DNA of 64,000 nt, from the NCBI RefSeq assembly GCF_009914755.1, contig NC_060942.1; one strand, written 5' to 3'. A program made the translations under genes and the position numbers. The notes beneath the pieces are model-generated. The model did no database searches, was not told where the DNA came from, and worked only from the letters and a program-made list of their open reading frames with translations. The stretch comes from the human T2T-CHM13v2.0 reference genome, Homo sapiens. Of the stretch, positions 54,819 to 64,000 are shown piece by piece; the stretch's first letter is position 1, and each line of letters opens with the position of its first letter.

Positions 54819-56069
54819 CCCTGACCTGCTTTTCTGAGGACAAAGGTTTTCTGGGATCTTCCTGCCCTCCCCACCTCCACCTATGCACTTTTTACCAACC
54901 AAAGTTTGCTTGGGTCAAAAATTCACAGAAGTTAACAACATTAAACAAAACATGTTTTGGTGTGGTCTAAGAAACTTAAAAAAAAAAAAAGCTCTAAAGT
55001 CGTAGAACACGCATTCTAAAGTAACTGGAAAGGGACACATTTTGTGGGCTCCCCAGAGAACCCTTCGTGATGCCGACAGACAAGGTGACTACCAGACATA
55101 TCATTTCAGGCCACCTCCCCTCTAACTGGAAAAGCCTTCACACCTACTGCCTGATGCCTGGATTTTAGGATTGGCTTATAGCTGGATTTTGTTTTCTTCA
55201 GATGTGGCCAAAAGTGAGGCTGGAGGCACCACAGCCTCTCCTTTGGTGATTCACATGGCTTCTTGGGACATTCCTGTCCTGAGGCTCTCTCTGCCCATCC
55301 GTGCTCTCATACTGATGGAGGGTGGCCTTTTCTGAGGATCGCACGGCCACCGAGGTCATAGAACCTGCAGAAGAGTCAGGTCCACTGGATATCTCTGGGC
55401 TCCTGCTCTCTGGGCAGGAGGCTTGGGGCCTCAGCAGGCGGCTGACTCTGGCCAGCTTTACTGGAACTTCAGGGTAGAAAACAGCCCTGACCCAGGTCTC
55501 AGGAGAGCTGGCCCTCTGGTCCCAGCTGGGTCTCTCCTACACTCTCAGAGGTCTGTTTCTCCCTCTGTGACAGGAGAAGAGTGAGGGGTTGGGGGTCTCT
55601 GGGAGTTCCCTTGCTTCTAATGCCCTATAAGTCTCTGGTTCTCCTGATATTCCTGCTTTATCACCATTCCCTGCGTCTCTGCCATGTCCTCTCCAGGCAG
55701 CATCCTGCCTTCTTGTTAGAGGTGGGAAAGTAGAGTTGCTCTTTGGAACTTAACCTGGCTGAAGGGGAGGGGGTATGGATGGCAGGGAGTGGCCTAAGCT
55801 CAGACCTTGAGGCTCCCATGTGGGCTCTTCAGAAACCCACGCCCCCTGTCAGTGGTCCCCACCCTACACTCCCCAACTCAGGGTTACGCAGGGTCGAGTC
55901 CAGGAGGTCTTTTTTGGGATGACCTATGTCTGTCTCTAGAAGTCTCTGGAAGAGCCTTTTCTCCACTAATGAACAGATGTACCTATGTCTTCACAAGAAT
56001 CTGGCTCTTGATATGCAGGGCACCAAGTCTGAGGTCTGGCTGGATGACTTTCTCATTTTGTGATCTTGA

Positions 56070-56341
56070 ATTTTTTTTTGTTGTTTTGTTTTTGAGACCA
56101 AGGCTTGCTCTGTCGCCCAGCCTGGAGTGCAATGGTGCGATCTTGGCTCACTGCAACTTCTGCCTCCTGGTTTCAGGCGATTCTCATGCCTCAGCCTCCC
56201 CAGTAGCTAGGATTACAGGCACATGCCACCAAGTCCAGCTAATTTTTATATTTTTTAGTAGAGATGGGGTTTCACAATGTTGTCCAGGCTGGTCTTGAAC
56301 TCCTGACTTCATGATCTGCCTGCCTTGGCCTCCCAAAGTGG
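56070..56341 (-). mobile_element. AluS (slightly truncated)
   Basis: Antisense Alu ending cctcccaaagtg. Confidence 0.92.
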
Positions 56342-56569
56342 GACATCTCACTTTGCTGCTGGGTTTCCCCATCCTCATTCAGTAGGGAAGCTCCAGCTTT
56401 GTGGCTAGATTTGCATGGGGGTGAGGGTGTGGGCAAGGAATGACTGAGGAATGACTGCAGGGGAGGTAGAAACATGGGGGTCACTCAGAAGGAAGTTCAA
56501 ATCCTGAGAAGGAAAAGTCACATCTTGTGAACAGACAATGGAGGATCAGTGCAAAGTGGGGTCTAATTA

Positions 56570-56923
<354 letters not shown>

Positions 56924-58349
56924 CTAAGCCCTCTGGCAGATTAGGGAGAGACAGCTGGGAACAGCTGACTATATGACCTCTCCCTTCTCCGCAAGCCCAG
57001 CCCAGCCCCTGCAGAGGACTTCTCATTCTCCCAAATACTGCACTCAGATACTCATTTTATGATGAGGCCCAGACAATTTGGTGAGGAGGCATGGAGAATT
57101 GCTCACTGGTTTTCTTCTGCCCTTAGTAAATGGCAGTGCCTAGCAATGCAGAATTTCCAGAACTTGTTCACAGCCCAGTGGTCCTTAAAGATGAGAGTCA
57201 TGGCTGAGAGGAATAGTAGGGTTTCTGAGAAGTTTTACACTTGGGAGCAAGGTGTTTCTTTTGAGGAAGGCTTAAATGTAGCTCTGCCACGGAAGCTTTC
57301 TCTGACCTTCCTAGTCCTGAGATTATGTGCATTCTTTTATTCATTCACATGCTCATTCATTTATTTACTCAACATGTACGTGTGGACTACCTGCCATAAG
57401 TCAGACGCTGTGCTAGGTACTAGGGAAACCACAGCAAACAAAACAGTCTTGGAGAGCAAAAATCCAAGTCCAGCAAAAGGTCTTCTGTGTCTTGCTGGAA
57501 GGAACAGATTTTCTAACACTGGCTTAGGGCCCAGTCATCCCGTTGGACTTCTGAGATTCACAACAAGAGGAAATTCATCGTATACTTAGTTTCCAAGAAA
57601 AAATCACCAAGCAAAATAACGCTATGGACCTCATAAAGCAAACACAACAGGAAGACACTGGAGTTGGGTGGATGAAAGGCTCCTACCGGCTGCCCATCTG
57701 CTGGGGGATGTGGGATCTCTTCTTACGGATGAAGAGTTTTGGGGGTTTTCCAAGAGCCTTATGCAATATTTAGCTTCTTATTCAACTGGTTCAATTCTGC
57801 TCCGCCTCCCATCCTGGCTGTCATACCTGGCTTTCCAGGTATAGGGTAGACCAGATGACCTCTGAGGTTTCCATTTGCTTTAAAAGTCAACAGTTCAGTG
57901 ATTTTCAGGATAATCTAGGGTCTGAGCACAAATTGGAGGATTGCATTTATGTTCAGTGTGGGAGGTAGGAAACAATTTGTCCATAGTAGTGACCTGAAAA
58001 AGAAGCCGTCTCCTTCTTGGAAAAGAAGTGGCTCTGGTTCTGTTCATTTGTGCCAAAGCCTTGCATTGACATTCTTTGAGGCAGGGTAGAATTGGTTATT
58101 GAATAATAGGTGGGTCTATTGGACCCATTGCCTTGTGCCCTCATAATCAGGCTGTCTCAGTGAAGAGGTGGACTGTAACTTGGGTCTTAAAACCCACATT
58201 GCCTAAAGCTTCTGACATGGAACAAGTTGTATTCATATGACTTTTGGCAAGTTACTCTACCAAACTGGCCTCGGTGTCCCCACCAGTAGCCTGTGACTTT
58301 GTGCTTTAGTCAAGATCAGAGCCCAGATCCCCTGAATGTTAGGTTAGAG

Positions 58350-58700
58350 GTATGGCTCTCAAGCCTTCTTGAGTGTCAGAATCACTTCAGTGCTTGAGAC
58401 AATTCGGATTTCTCGGCTCTGCTTCTGGATATTCATTGCAGTTGGTGTGGGATGGTGCAGGCATCTGTACTTTGAACCACTTTCCTCCATGATTCTGATG
58501 CCCAGTTACGGTTGAGAATCATCTGAGGCCAGTGAGTCTCCAAGTGTGGTGCCCTAGGCAGCACCCCCAGCTGGGAGGGGCTTGTTAAACATGCAGATTC
58601 CTGGGCCTGGCCCCAGAACCATGGATTAGAATCTTGGGTTGGGCTTGAGACTCCACGTGGGTAATTGTGATGCATACAAATGGTGGGAAACTACTGCTCT
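58350..58700. mobile_element. Two adjacent MER5-type elements
   Basis: tcagaatcac...catctgtactttgaac...ttgagaatca and tctccaagtgtggt...aaacatgcagattcctgggcc...gggaaactactgctcta. Confidence 0.7.
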
Positions 58701-59284
58701 AGACCTTATCTGCTTCCTTGGACCTCCATGAGACTTTGTGCTTGAGGAAAAACATCCTTTCCAGGCTAAGCTTATTGGAAGTTCACTAAATGCATTCATC
58801 CTGGAAGTGTAGGTTAGGCCTACCTGGTGTTAGCTGAGATTGGCTTGGGACGTGGAGGCCTAAATAAAGAATAAAATATGTTGGTTTAAGCACTTACTCT
58901 TCCCCCATTGCCTCCCTTTCTGCCTCCACCCCCTGCTCATATCATCACCCTAAACCCCCAGAACCACTGGGTGGGAAACGAAGACTTCCAGAATAGTGCC
59001 TGGTCATGAGATAGAAGAGCTGGCAGAAGCTCATGAGTACCCCACTTCCCTGTGGGTCTGCGTGTGCCCAGGTCACCTTGATCAAAGCTTGGCCTGGGTT
59101 TTGTTCCCAGCTCCACTGGTCATTTAGGGAAAGCCAGTTGGACCTTCTGAGGCAATTCAATTCTGTTCTTTTCAGGACAGCTCTATGGAGTCGAGTCTTA
59201 ATCAGTTGCACAAGGCACCATGAAGTGCTTACTGTGTACCTAAACCTGGCTGAGCATCAGGAGTGAGCAGCACACACTGAAAGT

Positions 59285-59720
59285 TTAGCGTAGTGGTCAG
59301 GGTTAGAGCAAGAATGCCTGGGTTCAAACCCCAGCTCTGCCATTCACTTGCTGTGGGACCTTGGGGAAATCATTGAACATCTTTGAACCTCAATATCCTC
59401 ATGTTTCAAATGCATGATGACAATGTCTACCTGATAGAGTGGTTGGGAGAATTTAGATGAGTTAGTACACATAGTGTTTAGAACAGTGCATGGCACACAG
59501 TAATTGCTTAGTGAATGTTTACTGTCATCATTTCTATGTGCCAGGCACTATGGTACTTACTTAGATTGTCTGATGTTATTTAATCATGTAGTTTAAGTGT
59601 TACTCTACAGAGATTAAGAATTCACGGTCCTGAGAAATTAATCTATGTGTTTAAGTTTACACAACTAATAAATGGTAGGCCAGGATTTGAATCTAGACCT
59701 CTATGATCTAAAAGGCCATG
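59285..59720. mobile_element. MIR pair
   Basis: cctgggttcaaaccccagctctgccattcacttgctgtgggaccttggg; ggccaggatttgaatctag. Confidence 0.8.
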
Positions 59721-60739
59721 TTTTTGTTTTCCCCTGTGTGTATGCTCTGTGGACAAGAAAGCTTGTTGTATCTAGAAGCAACGTGTGGTTGTTTCCAGAT
59801 ACCCAGGAGCCAATTGAAGGGTGGTTCAAGGTGGCAGCATCCATCATCAAGATGGGCTGGCTGAGGCAGGGTGGCCTGAGCTGGGATTTACTGGAGAAGC
59901 AGGGGGATAAGGCTGAGCAGAGAGTGTTGTAGAATCCTGGTGTGTGTGTGTGCTGGGGTGGCAGGGGGGTGGGAGAGGACAGGGCAGGGAGGAAGCTGAT
60001 TGACTCGGGAAGAAGAGGTGAGACAGGCCAGCTTCCGGGGAATGTTGAAGTCCTGGTTGTGAAGTGAAGGGAGTCAGGGAACGAGAAATGCCTCAGAATC
60101 CCTCTGCTGGTCAGTGAGGTGTTGCTTTAGGTTTGCAGGGCGGGATTCCCTATTCCCACTCCCTAACACACAATGTAGCCAGAAAACTTTGGCCTGGAGA
60201 CAGCTCCTTGCTGGAGGTGGGGGCACTTTTCTAGCCTATCTCATTTAGTTCTGCTTTGCTTTGAGTGGGCTAGAAACCCTAAAGGTAACTCATAAACCGG
60301 GGGGTCCTTATTCCTCTCATCACGCACACCCTTTTCCCATTTCTAATGGACAAAGTAAGACTTTGCATGCGCATTTCAAGAGATTGAGAGAGCCATTGCT
60401 TGCTTTTCCTCTTAAGATCTTGGTATCAGGGTAGAGCCCGGGGCCCGTTGGGCCCATCTGCTATAAATTAACACCAAGAAACCACTCTTGGGAGAGCTGC
60501 TGGCCCTCCACACACACACACGCACACACGCACACATGCACACACACGCACCCTAGACTTGGGAATGATTCTGGTGTGGACTCTGGGGGCCATAACAGCT
60601 TCTTGCTGCCTGTGGCCCCCTCAATGTGAAGGAGCTGAGAAAGGCCTTGCTGCTCCTCTTCCCTTTGAGCATCACTTTCCAGGCTCATCTACCAATCTGG
60701 GTCCCCACTTCCTTCCCTGCTTTGATAGAAGGAAGATAT

Positions 60740-60990
60740 AGAATAGTAATTAACATTTGTGAGGACCATACTGGACCAGGCTCATCTAAGGGGTTCACAT
60801 GATATCCTTACGATCATCTCTATAGGCAGGGGAGGGGAAACATCGTTATTCCCATTTTACAGATGAGAAAACTGAAGCCTTGAAGGGATAATCATCTTGT
60901 CCAAGATAAGACTAATAAGGTGCTAAGCCAAAATTAGAAGCAGGGAAATCAGTGTGCAGAGCTTGTGTCTTCAACCAATTCTTTACACAG
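60740..60990. mobile_element. MIR
   Basis: cccattttacagatgagaaaactgaagcc. Confidence 0.8.
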
Positions 60991-61499
60991 GTCTAGTTCT
61001 CATGAGCTGAGGTGGATGGAGGAGGGGGTTTAGGGGGACCCTGCTCCCCAGTCAGGGTCTGTGATGAATAGGAATGACTTTTCTGTCCTTGGCTGTAGGG
61101 AAAACATTGTGTTCAGATTCAGGATCCAAGAGTGTGTCTGGTCCCAGGTGGCAGTCATCGCTATTTGCCACCCTTCTCACGTCTGATCTTAAACGTACCA
61201 GGTGTGGGTGAGGCCTCCCCAGAATGCCCCATGCCAGGTGCTAAGGGGATCAAGGAATAGAATAAGATACCATCTCTGTCCTCGTTCTCTTGAGCCACTC
61301 TCTGGGTGGCAAGACCCAATGGACAGTTGGGTTGTGACAGAGGTTGACAGGAGGCAGAAGGCCATCCCAGAGAGATTTGGGAGGCCAAGATCCTACAAGC
61401 TGTTGGAACTCAGGGGGCGTGAGGTCAGCATGAGCTTTGGAAGCCAATGGGAATCAGGTACACGAAAAGGAGGATGGGCACATTGTGGGAGAGGGGAGG

Positions 61500-61856
61500 T
61501 GTATTAGTCTGTTCTCACACTGCTAATAAAGACGTACGCGACACTGGGTAATTTATAAAGAAAAAGAGGTTTAACTGACTCACAGTTCCACATGGCTAGG
61601 GAGGCCTCACAATCATTACAGAAAGCAAAGGAGGAGCAAAGGCACGTCTTACATGGTGGCAGGCAAGAGGGTGTGTGCAGAGGAACTCCCATTTATAAAA
61701 CCATCGGATCTCATGAGTCTTATTCACCATCATGAGAACAGTACAGGGGAAACAGCTCCCATGAATCAATTATCTCCACCTGGCCCTGCCCTTGACACGT
61801 GAGGATTATTACAATTCAAGACGAGATTTGCATGGGGACACAGCCAAACCCTATCA
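61500..61856 (-). mobile_element. THE1 (MaLR) solo LTR with 5-bp TSD
   Basis: tgtattagtctgttctcacactgctaataaagac...ggggacacagccaaaccctatca; GGAGG at 61495-61499 and 61857-61861. Confidence 0.93.
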
Positions 61857-62809
61857 GGAGGTCAGGGGAGACAGGAGCCTAGCATTCCCCTGGCCAACGA
61901 GATGGCCCACTGCAAGGAGGGTCACGGGGTCTGATAAGGAGGAAGCACAGCCCAGGCCAGCGAGGAGGCTCTGACAATGCAACCTCATCCCAGGGATGAC
62001 CCAGGCCCTGACTGGATTCTCAGTCATCTCAGAGAGACTCAGTGAGATTCTCTGGTTAAGGGAGAAGTTAAAGGAGATTGGACATTTTAAAAGCATTTCT
62101 GACCAAAAGAGGATTTTGAGCAAACAAGATCTTTATGAAGCTTGGATGATATCCTGGGCATGAAGCCCCCACCTGGGCACCTGGTACCCAGAAGACAGCA
62201 GCTGTTAGTATTGATGATAAGCCTCTCTGGGAAATGAGAGCTGAAACAATGGTTTGAGAACCCTTCTGAGAAGCACTGGTGTTTCCCAGCTTCAGGTGCG
62301 CTTTCTTCCCAGTGATACAGATGAGGAGACCAAGGACCAAAGAGACTAGTGACTGGGTCAAAGTCAAACAGTGACAAAGTGGCAGGTGGAATTTACCTGT
62401 GTCCAAGGCCCTTTCTATTGTACTGCAGCATCCTCGCTGTTCAGATAGACTTAGACATAGGCTGGGACATTCATGGGTTCATCATTTACTCTTATCCATT
62501 CAACTAACAGCTGTTTATTAAATACTGACTCCTAACGTACTAGACTTGGTCCCATGTCACTTCCGAGAGCTGACTGTAGGGTCCTGGATGGGCCATATCA
62601 GGAGATGTCCTGAAGATGAGGCCCACAGTTCCTTTAGGGTAGAAGAAAGGGACTGGCATCCACACAGATGTGAACCCTGATGACAGTGCTGGTGGCTGGA
62701 GGTTGGCTGCAGGGCCTTAGGAGCTGGACGGGGCTATACCTCAATACTGCCAAGTTCAGAGGCACTGAAGGGTCCTCCCTGGGGCCCTCCTGAGGATGCT
62801 ATCAGGTTG

Positions 62810-63010
62810 GCAGCATAGTATTCTGGAGAGAGCCCAGTTTGAGATGTGGTGGTAAGTTGTTGCACTCATCCAGCCACCCACTTGCTGTGCATCCTGAGGC
62901 AAGTCACTTCGCTCTTCCTGCCTCGGTCCCACCATTGCTCAGCTGAGAGCAGTAAACCCACCACTACCCCTCCCAGAGGCTGCATACAGACCCAGTGATA
63001 TAGTGCCCAG
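62810..63010. mobile_element. MIR
   Basis: cacttgctgtgcatcctgaggcaagtcactt. Confidence 0.6.
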
Positions 63011-64000
63011 GGCAGCCTGAAAATAGTGACATAAAGGGCATCATTGTCATCTCAATGAACCCCATGTGGGGCCACCTTAGTAAGCCCCCTTCCAGCTCAC
63101 CCCACATTCTAGCTTGTTGGAGGCCTGGAAGGGAGTGACACCATGTGAGGACACGTGACCATGGTCACAGGCAGGTGTCTGGGTTCCAATGAGAGAGGCT
63201 GGCCTAAGGGGTTGGGGGTCTCCTGTTAGAATTGGGGGGCAGAGACGCAGGAGGAGGGAGCTGAGCCTTCTCGGGCTCTGGCTAATAGGAACAAAAAGCT
63301 TCTGTTACCTGTGGCCAGGCTGTTTTATCCATACTTGTTAAACCCTGTGCATTTCGAGAGCGCCAAAATCCATACGTTTCCTTTATTCTAACCACACTGC
63401 GGTGCTATTATGTAAGGACTGTGTAGTGTCCAGGAAGCCTCCCGCGGCACAGGAACAATGAGCTTGCTCACCACTGTGGCCTCCACTTCTCCCTTCTTTT
63501 CCCACAGCCTCCTAATGCCACCATCATCAGCCTCACTCAGGGAGGGGGACCCTCCTGCTGGGAAACTGGAAGCTCTGTGTGTCTGTGCATGTGCGAGTGT
63601 GTGTGTGTGTACGTGTGCATGTGCACACATTGGAGGATGTGTCAAAAGGTAGGCTAGAAACTCCAAAGGTAACTAGTAAATAGAGGGCTCTCTCATCCCT
63701 CTCATCACACACCCAGGTAAGCAGAAGGGCCTCCTGCCCCATTCTCTAGGCCCTGCCAGGGTGTCATCTCCTTCATGGGCCTCCAGGGCATTAAGCTTGA
63801 TCCCTGGCTCTTGGACTGGCATGGCTAATGCCCAGCCAAAGGCCAGAGAGTGTAACACTGCACATTTCCTCAGAGCTTGCCCAGTGCTTTCTAAGATTCC
63901 ATTCCTGCCCTTCATCTTGACAGTCATCTGGAAGGCGGCTGGCCTGCCAGGTACAGGAGGGACTGGGCAAGAGTCACCCAGCAAGTCGTGGGCTCTCTCC

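Noticed and set aside
57059-57589. 176-aa ATG ORF
   Set aside because: Runs through L2-derived sequence; no family resemblance

Overview
Primate genomic DNA, almost certainly human chr18q21.1 (identified from recalled protein sequence, not from a database search). The only confidently recognisable gene element is the CpG-island promoter and first coding exon of RNF165/ARK2C (Arkadia-2C RING E3 ligase) on the + strand: ATG at 24860, 61 coding nt encoding MVLVHVGYLVLPVFGSVRNR+G, donor at 24921. Everything downstream is the proximal ~39 kb of the long intron 1 and everything upstream is 5' flank. The rest is typical mammalian repeat landscape (13 Alus, MIR/L2/old L1, MLT1/MLT2/THE1/LTR16 LTRs, MER2/MER5, microsatellites, a 34-bp VNTR); repeat boundaries and subfamilies are approximate by-eye calls. 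Nearly all ORF-track entries are spurious. The most interesting structure is the transposon-free proximal intron 1 (24921-28600): a weak U12-like donor, several acceptors that terminate the exon-1 peptide within a few codons, a 3'UTR-like block with 8 UGUA motifs, RBFOX sites and an AATAAA plus GU/U-rich element, and a second in-frame alternative terminal exon. Together these suggest a premature-termination/micropeptide output from the ARK2C promoter competing with the full-length ligase. Also noted are a candidate 27-nt microexon or recursive splice site, a HOX/MEIS/bHLH enhancer-like cluster and a templated local duplication.
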